This document shows positions 1 to 13,000 of a DNA stretch of 64,000 nt, one piece after another (position 1 is the first letter of the stretch; every line of letters begins with the position of its first letter). Source of the stretch: Hormiphora californensis (taxonomy: Eukaryota > Animalia > Ctenophora); NCBI GenBank assembly GCA_020137815.1, contig CM035359.1, forward strand, positions 4,402,001-4,466,000. Direction: 5' to 3'. The notes below the pieces were generated by a model. It did not search any database, was not told the origin of the DNA, and saw nothing but the letters and a program-made list of their open reading frames with translations. The position numbers were made by a program, and so were the translations under genes.

Positions 1-399
1 GAATGAATAATAGGTAGGAATGAACAATAGTGCAATGCGGAGGGTACAACAAACACGGAGTCGATAAAGTTGGAAATTGTAAACGGAGAAAGAATGTGAA
101 GTGGCACGATGCAGGAGCTATGTTTAAACCACAACAGAAAATACAGAAAAATAGTGCACAAAAACGGGAGAACAGCAGCTGTGTACAACAACAGCACTGT
201 AAGTGGAATATACAAATGTTGTAAAGAAACAAACACAATTAATATAATTGTTTAGTGAAACAACTCTCACTAACTAAAACACACGTATAGTTCATGTGTT
301 GTTGTACATCTGAGTGAAAACAAGCAGATACAAGCTCGGCGTGAATTGGTGCTGTGCACATGCAAAAACACAGGCAACAAATTTGATAAATTGAATTTC

Positions 400-463
<64 letters not shown>

Positions 464-2732
464 GAGGAGAGGAGAGAGAGAGAGAAGAGAGCATCGCGCG
501 AGCAGAGCGCTCGAGAAAAGAGATAGAGAGAGCTATAGTACTATAGAGAGAGAGAGACTCTATCGCTCGCTATAGCTCGAATCTCTCTCAGCTCGCATCG
601 CCTTCTCCTCTCGCGCTCGCTCTCTCTCTCTCGCTCTCCTACCGCTTGCCCTTGTGTTTGGTGTTTGATTGTTTGCGTCAGAAATTTTTCTCGTGAAGCA
701 CAAAAAGTGTTGACGCTGTTACAACTAATAAAACTTCGTATCTTGTCCACATAAACAGGATAATAAGGTCATCAAAATTGTACACACAAATGACAAATAT
801 GTACTAAACTTAGGAGGAAGGAATGCACAAGACCAAAAACAATGGAACGAATGATGCATCATTTTATACATGCACCCTTTGTACATATAGGGTAAAGTAA
901 AGGGAGGAAGTAGTGTGTACAAAACATGTTCTAAAATGGAATAAGAGGAAGCTACATAAAACTAAACAGTGAGCTGTGAGATCCTAAACTACATTCAGGT
1001 CGCATGATATATGAAACAAGGATCTTGAAAAAAGTCAAATATCGGAATCTAATTCAAAATTAAATTGTTTATGCCTATTTTAAAAACATTTTATCTTGGT
1101 ACCGAAAAGGTCTAATTATTCAAAGTCTGAATCCAAGATTCTCAAGAATAAAGACAAAGGCACGCCCTAAACACAATCATAACAGGCGTCACAATGAGAG
1201 GAGAAAACAAGATCAAAATATATGATAAGATTATACACGAGAAAAAAAAACCAAAGAGAGAAGAGAGATATAGTGGTAAAGGAGTGTATAGGAATCATTC
1301 TTGAACTTCCCACATCAAACTAACCCATTAGAACCCCGTAATGCCAAGACGTAGTTTATTCAAACAATTGACAATACAATTACAGAACAAAATGGGAAAT
1401 GATTTCCAACACAGAGCCATGTTTCCGTATCTAGTGATTCCACAAAACAAGGCGTTTTAATCAAAATCTTTTGATGTGTTGGCATATTGACAAAACCAGA
1501 AGGAGAATCAATTGTTGGATTCTAGAAATTATTGGCCGTATGTTTTCATTATGTAATTTTAATGAAATGATGTCATCTCCAGATGTATCCCGCATTCATC
1601 TAACAGCTATTTATACAGAGAGCTATTTCTATGTTCTGATAATTATGCCAGCTGCTGATTAAAAATGACGTGCTTAGTTTTAATCACGTCATAATTGGAG
1701 ATATTGAATTATGGACAATTACATAAGCTATACCAAGGACAATCAGAGATACCTTTTAGTTATACCCAAAGTTATACAGCCCAAAAACCAAGGTTATAAT
1801 ACCCATTACTCAAATTAACAAACTTCCTAATTAACTATCTTACCGTGGTGAAAATATGGATGTCGTCAAATGTTTCATTTTCTCCCTGTAATGAAGGAAA
1901 AGAGGGGTTAACAATTAACTCAATATTGCTCCATTATATATTGTAACAACTTGATAGATCGGGTTCATAGGCGACCCCTTGGCCCCCAGATCCAGATCCG
2001 AGTAGAAGGGCTTGTGCGAGTTTCTAAATTCGTAAAACCGCCCGTTTCAAGCCCGTTTTGGGGAAACCCGTCTAGACGACGGTGGAACTATCCAGACAAC
2101 GTTTGGATAGTTCCAAACTTGCCCCCTTTCCCTATAATAACTCCCTGGCTAGTTATAGAATTTAAACATGTCAGGTCCAGTTAAATTAAACAGGAACCAC
2201 CACAAAGAATATGGGAAGAGGAAAACACTTTTTAAACAGCTGCTGTGGTGCATTTTATTGGTTTGAAAAATGTATGCCCCCCACAATGAAAAAAAAGGTT
2301 CTGTCTAATCGTAATTGTAATCCAGACCCTTTTTTACTCGTAGCCCGGATATTAGATCGGAAGAAAAAATGGGGTAGGAGAATATGGAATATATCGAGAA
2401 CTGTTGGATTATGTTGGACAGAAACTGCAGACGTAAGAAATACACACTGTGTACTAGTTAGACACTGTTATAATGGACTAGACACAATTTGTGTGTACTT
2501 ACTCAATCTCATGTTCCATGTGGTGTGCTGCCTCAACCATGTGCTGAAATAATTAGTATAATTAGTAAACTAATTACAGTGTGATTAATATTTAATTTGG
2601 CGGCCCTAATTTACCGGGCGGCCCCTATTTACCGATTTTCCGATAGATTAAATTAATGGCCAAAAACCCTTCCCCAGCATCCCGATAAATCGGGGTCCGA
2701 CTGTGTTAATAACACTGTTACTAATCAGTTAA

Positions 2733-2969
2733 GGGGCGATTCAAAAAGTACGTCCATGATTTTTGGTCATTTTTTACCCCCCCCCCCCCCTCCCTCCCCC
2801 TGTCCAGGCCTGTCCGTCCACCTATATCAGTAAAATCAGTAAAAATTTTCTTCAAAACCTGGGACAGTCCGAATTGCGTCAACCCCCACCCACCCCCCTG
2901 TCCAGAGATGTCCGAAATCAGCTACTTCCCCCTTCCCCCTACCCCTGGACGTCCTTTTTGAATCGCCCC
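2733..2969. mobile_element. PIF/Harbinger-like MITE
   Basis: TIRs GGGGCGATTCAAAAAG(T/G)ACGTCCA / TGGACGTCCTTTTTGAATCGCCCC, flanked by TAA on both sides (3-bp TSD). Confidence 0.75.
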
Positions 2970-3464
2970 TAACTTATAGTGATTTAATTAACTACATATG
3001 TGGTTAAACTATCACCTCTATTAACTTACTATGATTAGCCCTGGCTGTAGAAAAAGAGGGAAAATGGAAACAGTAAACAAAACAGGACGTGAATTAGGGC
3101 CAGAAAAATTCATAATAAGAGCTTGTATTGTTCATACAACAGCACAAATTAGAGCTGGAATTACACTTTGTATCAAAATGTGGTGCTTAGGAAAATGAGA
3201 GAGTCAAGACCAACTTTCGCTGCTAGCTGGATACATTTTTTTAGAGAAAGATATAACATTCCACCCCTATTATGATAGTGACCTGAACTTGGCACGGATA
3301 ACATTTTGTAAATCAAACTAGTCAAAAAACCATGATCTAGATAAATTGCCAGGGTTTGATAGTGGGAGAGTTTGTTACTTTAACTTAGTTAATAACTAGT
3401 GGGAGAGTTTGGTATTTTAACTAGAGGGAGAGTTTGTTACTTTAACTAATGGGAGGGAACTAAC

Positions 3465-4063
3465 CCGAAGGTGAAGTAGTGGACTGGGTGCTCTGACTGG
3501 TTTGCTACCAGTGGACGAGACCCTTCTTCTGTGTACGTTTGGAGAAAGATGATTTGGACTTGAACCTCCACTTGAACAACTTGTGTCTGCAAAAAGGGGG
3601 GTTGGGAGAGTTTGTTACTTTAACTAGTGATCAGAGAGAGAGAGAGATAGCAACTAGAACAACCGCTTCAGCTGGTCTGAATTCTATAATTTAAAGTTAG
3701 CAGGGTTTTGAAAGAGAAAACGCATGATGCCATGGTGCCTTGGCATGTCTCGTCTGATCTCTTTCTCAAAATTCAGCACATACAATATCCTTTCTCCATC
3801 ATGGCTACCCGATTTCATTCTTACCTCCGCCATGCCCTCCATAGTTTGGATGAGGTGCCTCTAGTGATACTCTCTTTATTTTGGGACCCCGCGGCGGCTT
3901 CCGGTTATCACCTGAAGACGTTTGGACCTGCACAAATAGGAGTTAGCAGTTAGTTATACGGCGAGTGAGAGTCATGAGAGAGTCGACTGTTACTTTAACT
4001 AGAGAGAGAGAGATTCCTATAACTCACTCGTGGAGGGAGGGTGTTAAACTTTCCTTTCACCAT
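3465..4063 (-). CDS. 5' coding exons of an unidentified Ser/Pro/Arg-rich protein (gene continues leftwards; remaining exons unresolved)
   Basis: Three GT-AG exons with consistent phases (4063-4028, 3927-3825, 3586-3465) splice to MVKGKFNTLPPRVQTSSGDNRKPPRGPKIKRVSLEAPHPNYGGHGGDTSCSSGGSSPNHLSPNVHRRRVSSTGSKPVRAPSPLLHLR. No recognisable domain. Confidence 0.5.
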
Positions 4064-4667
4064 ATCTAATCATCTGCATCAACCAATTCAAGTAAATTAA
4101 TGAATTGGATTCTCGACTAGAGGAAATCGCCAAGTGGTTTGTAAAATATAATAATAGGGCACCGTTTTGTAACCGTTTGGAATGTATGTGGTTTAAAACA
4201 GTACACTTGTGGCTTGTTGAGTATAATTAGGAGACACGGGGTTACAACTTGAGGGAAAGCACAGCAGAACTAAAAGGTAAACGAATGAATGCATGATAGA
4301 AGTAAAGCAAGTTGGGAATGCAAATTCGAGCCTGTATAAAAGCAAGCGAGCTGGAGTAGAAGCTGCAGTAAGATAGAACAACTTGGAAAGGGAGAACAAG
4401 TTAGAAGGATAGAAGGGAGGGAAGGGAGGTGTTAAAGTGTCAACAAATAGTGTTACCGCGGGGTGTATACATGAAGCGTACTGCAGAAGGAAGTATACAG
4501 AAACTGCAATGTAGGAGGGAAGTTAAAGTTGGATTCTGTTATAACGATCTCGAGAGGTAAACAGTTGAGCAGTTTATACTGGCGTACTAGAAAGACAGGT
4601 ACTGTTGAGAAGAGAAAAGAGAACTCTTTCACCTGTCAAACAGAAGTGGCATGTGCTCTTTTAAGAA

Positions 4668-4680
4668 AGAGAGAGAAAGA

Positions 4681-4738
<58 letters not shown>

Positions 4739-4861
4739 AAGAGAGAGGAGCAATGAGAAGGGAGGTGTAAATTTATGAGCGTGCACAGCAAATACCTTAT
4801 AACGCATGAATTTTGACAGGACTTCGACGAGAATGAGCAAGAGAAAGGAAGAAAAAGAGAG

Positions 4862-4940
<79 letters not shown>

Positions 4941-4945
4941 AGAGA
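4668..4945. repeat. (AG)n microsatellite tracts
   Basis: Long GA runs. Similar tracts occur at ~405-490, 22890-22990, 28280-28525, 30050-30150, 30720-30800 and 32855-32945. Confidence 0.95.
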
Positions 4946-7094
4946 AAACGAAGCGTTCTGTTTAGATCTTGGTGTGTTTTGGGCTTTGGCAGCTAAGCGC
5001 CACGTACAGGGGATAGCACGACGTGCCCAATCTGGTGTTAAATAACAAGTTAAATTTAACTCTATCAACCCGGACTACGAGATGCACCACGGCGCGGCGG
5101 CCACAAGCATTTCATGATATTGAAACTAAACACATTGGCCATTGTATGGCGGCGCCCATACCCCATTCCCCAATTTGATTCTCAGATGGGTCGCGGCCCC
5201 AGACAGACTTCAAAGGTGTTTCGGCACATCGCACTCCTTGTTTGAGGACTTTAGTTTGAATCTGAGGTGTCTGTGGATGACAAGTGGATGACAAGTAAAG
5301 TGGTGTTCGGTAGACCAAACTACGTAGTACGTAGATTGTCTTTCGGGTGTAAGCTCACAGCCTACCCGGGCCGGAGTGATCAGAGCCGAAAACTTTTGTT
5401 AGGCCTTGGCTGTAATATGTATCGTGTGACGTGTACGCTAGGGTACACCTTACAAACCCGACCCTTTGTCCTTTACTTTGTACACCATATAAAGAGCAGA
5501 AAGTTAGAAACAAGCAAGAGCGAAAATGTATAATCCAAGCTTTAGACTTTAGAGGGAGAGATCCAAGAGAACTGAAATTCCTAACCACTGACCTAACAGG
5601 TGCCTCTGCGTTTCTTCTCTTTTCTCTGTGGGGGGTGCAATTAAAGTCAATTCTTTATAATTAAAAGACACAGTGCGTGACGCAATACATCGACACACGG
5701 GGAGGAAAACGTGTACAACTGTACAAGAAACGTCACAATGTGGTTCAGGTGCCAAATTATGAACGCCATTCAGTGACCGGATGACTTCATGTGTTGGCAT
5801 TAAACTATCATCGTTGAGCCTCGAGTAAGGAGTGGCACGGCTGTCGTTACAGCCTACAGGAAGCTAGGCGATTTTTTTCAGCTGGTTGCTTTGGGGTATC
5901 TACTTAGTACTTGGGTGGATCTTGTCGGCAATCAGTACCAGTCCTTTATCGAATCTGATACACAAAGACCAAAGTAGTCAGTCGCTTCGAGCAATTCAGC
6001 TTCGACTTTCGAGAGACTCGCTCGAAAGTCGAAGCTGAATTGCTGAATCACCAAATCAGGGATAATTTATATTAACAATATATTATTTTTAATTAAGTTG
6101 AGAAAGAAAATGTTTCTTCCTTTCTTGATTTTTATCTTTTCAATTTTAATTAACCGATGACGAGAATTTTCAGAAAAATTCTTGAAAAAAAAACATTTTC
6201 AAGAAATTCTTCAAATTTAATTTAATTAAATAAAACTTAATAATCCGCGCGCGGCTCAATTCAATTAGCACGCGCTAAACAAAAGCCGCGCGACAAGTTC
6301 CAGATTTTGTGTGGCGCGTGCGGTGCTTTATTTTTTCTTAAATTGGCCTGACAGCTAATAAGTAAGAAACTTGATTTGGAGGTTCAGTTACTCTTTGGAG
6401 GATCATGTCGAGTTCTTCCATCTGTATAGTATCGATCCCACTGCTTGACTGCTGCCTGGTCCAACTCCAATATTCAATAATATAATAATAGTCTAGCCGG
6501 CCTTGATGAGACTGTAGACCCCATTTGATCAGACAGTGAATGCAAAGTAAAAACTCAGGTATAATTTGTTGTGAAATTATGTTATCAGCAAACATTTGCA
6601 CAAATATGTACATCCAGATAAAACAAATATATAAGCCCGAAACTTAAGGTTAACTCAAGGTTAACTTTATCTTAGAAACTCTGAAGTCTCTTTGGCTCAG
6701 GCGCAAAAATTACCCCTTTTATTCACAATCTAAACAAGCTAAATGTTGAGGTCGAGGATAGTTTGGGCCAAAAAAAATCATCCCAACCATTGGTTCAAAA
6801 TCAAATATCAGGGAAAAGGCACACTCTATAAGAGATAAAAGATTGCATCAATGTATATTGCTCGATCTACTAACTACAATTTCTACAACATTTTGCCAAT
6901 AATACTTCGTTCTGTTAGTACAAAATACACTTCATCCCCTAAATTAAACACTTATATTATGTTAATAAAAGGAAGGAAAAAATACAATTTGCAGTGTCCC
7001 ATGGTCATTGGTCACAGGTCTGCTGTTGCAGCAGAGCAGTAAAGTCCTGACAGGTCAATGCTCTGGCAGGTCTGACTTTTAAACTTTTAAAATT

Positions 7095-10000
7095 CTAAAC
7101 ATCAGTTTGTTTCTGTTGAAGGACACGAATCGTCTGTCCGATCCTGTCGGAGTGGGGTGAACTGAAAAATAGGGGTTTTAGTACAACTACCAACACTGTC
7201 CGATCCTGTCGGAGTGGGGTGAACTGAAAAATAGGGGTTTTAGTACAACTACCAACACTGTCCGATCCTGTCGGAGTGGGGTGAACTGAAAAATAGGGGT
7301 TTTAGTACAACTACCAACACTGTCCGATCCTGTCGGAGTGGGGTGAACTGAAAAATACAGGGGTTTAGTACAACTACCAACACTGTCCGATCCTGTCGGA
7401 GTGGGGTGAACTGAAAAATAGGGGTTTTAGTACAACTACCAACACTGTCCGATCCTGTCGGAGTGAGGTGAACTGAAAAATAGGGGTTTTAGTACAACTA
7501 CCAACACTGTCCGATCCTGTCGGAGTGAGGTGAACTGAAAAATAGGGGTTTTAGTACAACTACCAACACTGTCCGATCCTGTCGGAGTGAGGTGAACTGA
7601 AAAATAGGGGTTTTAGTACAACTACCAACGTCTGTCCGATCCTGTCGGAGTGAGGTGAACTGAAAAATAGGGGTTTTAGTACAACTACCAACACTGTCCG
7701 ATCCTGTCGGAGTGAGGTGAACTGAAAAATACAGGGGTTTTAGTACAACTACAAACACTGTCCGATCCTGTCGGAGTGGGGTGAACTGAAAAATAGGGGT
7801 TTTAGTACAACTACCAACGTCTGTCCGATCCTGTCGGAGTGAGGTGAACTGAAAAATAGGGGTTTTAGTACAACTACCAACACTGTCCGATCCTGTCGGA
7901 GTGAGGTGAACTGAAAAATAGGGGTTTTAGTACAACTACAAACACTGTCCGATCCTGTCGGAGTGAGGTGAACTGAAAAATAGGGGTTTTAGTACAACTA
8001 CAAACAGACAGACAGAAATACAGACAGAGAGAGAGGGAGAGACAAACAGACAAACAAACAGACAGACAGACAGACAGACAGAGGAACAAAGAAACAAAGA
8101 AACAAACAAAGAGGTGAACTAAAAAATAGGGGTTTTAGTACAACTACCAACAGACAGACAGAAATACAAACAGACAGAGAGAGAGAGGGAGATAGATACA
8201 CATACAGACACACATACAGACACACATACAGACACACAGACAAACAGACAGACAAACAGACATACACACAGACAGACAAACAAAGAAAGAAACAAAGAAA
8301 TAAAGAAACAACCAAACAAACAAACAAACAAACAACCAAACAAACAACCAAACAAATAAACAAACAAACAAACAGACAGACAAACAAACAAACAAACAAA
8401 CAAACAAACAAACAAACAAACAAACAAACGAACAAACAAACAAACAAACAAACAAACAAACAAACAGATAACATACTTGTATTCATAATAAAGTGACTTT
8501 AGGTAACTGTTGTACTCAGTCCGGCCCCACTGTCTCAGCTCCTTTCCCCCATCTTTATACGCCTCCACATATGCTATCTCATCACTCATCCTCTTGTTGG
8601 TGTTATCCATGGTATCTGCACGTGCAGCATCATTCCGTGGTGGATCACGTGGCTTGTCTCTCAATGAGCTGTGGGTAGTGTCACGTGGCTTGTCTCTCAA
8701 TGAGCTGTGTATGGTGTCTGCCCCTCGTGTTGTGGTACTGCCCCTCAGAGAACTATTTCTATCATATCGCAACATGGATGGATCAATAGGTAGTCCACTG
8801 CATGCTCTCTGTTTCACTGGACCGGTAGTAGCTGCTCTCTGTTTTGTAGTTTCTGGACCTGCTGATGTGGAGGTCTCGGAGGATGAAGTGGTGGGTCGTT
8901 TATATTTGTGTACCAGCCGATCGATAGTCCTGTCCAGGCTACTGCTAATCTGGGCCATGACACGTGTTCTCCTTTTTGAGGAGGCCGGACCACCCTGATC
9001 CTTTGATTTGGACCCACCACCAGCACCACCAGCAGCACTGATATCACGTGGTCCACGCTCTGAGCTCCAACCCCGGTTCTCTTTGGACCCACTACTGCTG
9101 CTTGGTTTTCTGTATTTAGCAAGGATCTTATCTACATCAGGGTCTTCTGGTCTGGTGAACTTTGCTATCCTGTCCTGCCTACTCGCATCACCCGTCACGG
9201 GTTTAGTTTCCATGGTGATGGGTTTAGTTTCCATGGTGACGGGTTTAGTTTCCATGGTGACGGGTTTAGTTGTAGCAGGTGATCCCGCTGATTGTTGCCT
9301 CTTCACCGACGCTTTCTTCTCATTGGTGGTTGAAGGGGTTGTCGGGGCGGACACCTGTCTGCTGATTGGAATGTGGGACTGCCTCCTTTCTTCCTGGATC
9401 TTGTTCCGTGGCGGGGTGTCCACGGTGTGAGATCTAGCGGGTTTGCGGGGTGGTAGTTGAGTTGTTGGAGATTCAGATTTTAACCGGTTAGACACAGCAT
9501 AAGATGGGGCACGTGGGGAAGTCTTGGATCGTGGATAGGTAGTTTTTGGAGTTGTCACTTCATCTTTTGGTAGAGTTGCTGATTTCTGGGAAGGCGGCGT
9601 CCAGGAGAGTCTTGAAAGTGGAGGTTTGATGTTTGTTCGTTTGGGGGTCGTGTCGCCGGCAGCTGTTTTTGGTGCCGTTTCAGTAGCTTTTGTAGGTGTC
9701 GTTTCAGTGGCTCTATTTGCGTAACTAAACGCTTTCTTAGTGACGTCACTACCTTGACATCTAGTGACGTCACTACCTTGACATCTAGTGACGTCACTGC
9801 CTTGACATCGAACCCGGGAGTCTGCACTACTTGAGCTAGGGGTCTTTGACCGTGATCGCGGCATCTGATCACTAATTGTGTTCCTTTCATTATGGCTAGA
9901 TGTACTACCACTACTTCCCTTCCTATACCGGGAGAGTGGCTGAGTTATCCCTTCTGGTGATGCTCTGGTTGTGACACTCCCCACTCTCTGGAGAGAACTA

Positions 10001-13000
10001 ACGCTGTTGGTCCGTGCAGTTTTCAGATCTGTCAAACTGTTCTTATGATCTCCTGATCCCCTCCCCTGATCTTGTGTTAGCCCACTGATGGTACTTGATA
10101 TTGATATGGTACTGCCACCACTAGCTAGCGAGCAAGTAGAGAGTGTCGGATATACCTCCTCCACGGTTCTAACACTAGATATGGTAGAGTGTTCTTTTTC
10201 CCTACCACTAGCTATGGTAGAGTGTTCTTTCTCTCTACCACTTGATACGACAGGGTGTGTGTTTGAACCTCCCGTACTTCCTCCCACGACAGGGTGCTCC
10301 AACAACGCTTCCTCTACGGGAGGATCCGGCCTATCTGGCGGAGTGGATTCCCTCGAAGAAGAATCTGAAGATAAGGATATGGGCGTCTCTGGTGGCGTCA
10401 CATACTTCTCTGGGGTGGATTGTGAAGTTGGAACCCGCACCCTTGTAGATCTTTGCGGAGGAGGCGCGTAGAGTTTCTGGTGGACTCGATCTACCCGGGA
10501 TGGAACCACCTCTGTAGTCCTTCCCCTCACACACTCCTCACCCACGCTAACCACATCAACTGTCACTCTCTGAGCTCTCCGGAGTTTAGGGGAACACACC
10601 GTCCTCCCCACTACACCTGTCTCAGCCGCAACACGTGATGTACCACCACGACGCAGAGAGTTTCGGAGAAGGGTCCGAGATTGGGGGCTCTTTGTCTGAA
10701 GGAGGACCGCCTCCCGAGGGGTCGGGGTGATAGCTCGTTCCGGGGAGCGGAGGAGAGTGGCGGGGGCAGTCCGCCGGATTAGACAACCCCTGATGAATGA
10801 TTCTCCCGGTGTGATCGGGGTGTCCGAGTCCCTCCTTGCTAGAGATAAGGGTTCTGGAGTGGTGTAACAGGAAGTGGGTGACTGGGTGTGGGGCTGGCAG
10901 CTGGGAGATGATGGTGTCTGTATTGGCAATGGAACTGGGGCTGGGGAGATGGGGAAGGAGTATTTAGCGAACGGATTCTCCCTCACACACCCTCCTTCCT
11001 CACCAGGAAGTTCTAATGGAGTTATCTCTGATGGAGTACTAGGCTCCTCGGGAAGTCGTGAAGTAGGGCTGTTATCTGTGCAGTTTTCCAAAACCAACCC
11101 AGTAGCAGCAGCAGTGGGCTTGGCCTTTTTCACGAACAACCTCCCAAATTTACCACCTCGTTTCCCACCAGTTTGATCTGATCCCTGCTGTTCCCGTTTC
11201 CTGTTCCCTTCCTCCTTCTTCTTCTCTATCCTCCTTGCGATCCCGGATAACTTTCTCTGCTTGGGTGCCCGCTGGTCAATGACAACATCAGGAACTACCA
11301 ACTCAGGCTCCACCATGTCCAGAGTGGGTGAACCAGGAGGGGGAACGGAGGAAATAGTTTCGAACATATCTCGGAGGGATCGCACACTGCTGACACTTTT
11401 TGCGCGGCGTAACTTCCGCTCCTCGTGGTCCTGTTCTTCCTCTATCACTGTTGTTGCACTTCTCCTGCAGGGACGGGAGGGGGTTTTAGAGATGAGAACT
11501 ACAGTTAAAGAGGAGGAGGGGGTAGATGGGAGTTCCAGTAAAACTAAACAGTGTTTAGTAAACACAGTACATCATAGGGCCGATTTAACCGTATTTGGGG
11601 CTCGATAATAGCATACATTCACCCGAGTAGACTACATAAGTCTAAAAAGAGAGCAGCACTCTCACCGGCCAGAGCCAAATCTAATCTTTAGTTACCTCAA
11701 AATAGGTGACTCGTAGTTGGTAGTGTGAACGGGACTGCTGCTGAACAGTTCCTTGTAATGGAAATTGCAGTAAAACCCACAAGGGTGGGGCGATAGTTTG
11801 GCTGCTTCCTCTGACACATATTGGACGTTGGCAACACTGTGAGGGGGAGGAGGGGGTTATCATGGGTTAGTGGTGGTTGTCATGGAGTTATCATGGGGTT
11901 ATCGTGGGGTTAGTGGTGGTCAGAAGTAATTGTCAAATTGGTTCCGTTTAGATATAATCAGTTAGGGTCAAAGATCAATTGGGGGTCGAATGATATCTCC
12001 CAAATTAATAAGTTACTTCAATTATAATGGGAATGACTTATTGAAATTAACTTATTAATTAGTAATTACCTAACTTTGTCCAGACAGTACTCGCACTTGA
12101 GACAACTTATATGGAACTTTTGGCTGTGAGAACTGGCCAGTTGTGTCGGTGTAATGTGTCGAGAACAGAAATAACACAGGTCCCTGGATATCTGGAGACT
12201 CTGATAGGGTTAGTGGGCGTTGAATATATGGGGGGAGAGGGGCAGGGAGAGGGGCAGGGGGAGGGGGAGTTGTGTCGGTGTAATGTGGCGAGAACAGAAA
12301 TATTAGGTTGTTCCATAAATATTGTCCTTCGGTGGTTTTTTCAAAAAACTGATCATTTGAAAGAAAACAAACGGTCCTACGGTATTTCTGACATCCTTGG
12401 CACCATTCCTATAGGTCAGGGATTCTACGTGCCCATACAGAAGGGTAGCTATAGGTGAATTTGATAGGCCAGTCTTGTAACGATCTTAAAACTTACTTTG
12501 GCCCATTTTGTACCTGCCCAAAACCATCTCGGAACCATCTAACCTCAGGAGAGTCATCTCTGATCCCTTATGAAGTAGTGTGGTGAGTTACAGGCATCAG
12601 AATGATGCTCAGACATCCCTATGACAACTTATGTGGACGCCAAATCGACAAATTAACATTGATTTTCAGCGCAAAAAGTGGCTACCTCGCAAAATCATGT
12701 TTCTTGACCCCAGATGGTCTACCTGAATGCGATTGATGGTCCTACGTGGTAGAGAAAGGTCTATTCTAATGTTATTAGGCCGATTTCAAGACTGTCCTTC
12801 ATTGACTTTTTCTCACGGTCATTGTTTTCTGTCAAAAACGTCTGCAGCTGGCGTTTTGAGTGAACTCTGTTTAAGGAGTGATAGCCCTAAAACGAAGGGT
12901 TCTATTCAAAAGTTAAAGGTCCCTGGAGCTCCCAGAGGATGTCCCCTAAGTCTCCAGCGGGTAAAATGAGCAGCCCATATCCTTATTTTAGCACAGGATT

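Noticed and set aside
1-2600. Short ORFs and possible further exons (e.g. ~1843-1885, minus strand)
   Set aside because: No consistent spliced frame or recognisable homology could be built.
7134-8000. CRISPR-like appearance of the 62-bp and 36-bp arrays
   Set aside because: No unique spacers, no cas genes and a eukaryotic context.
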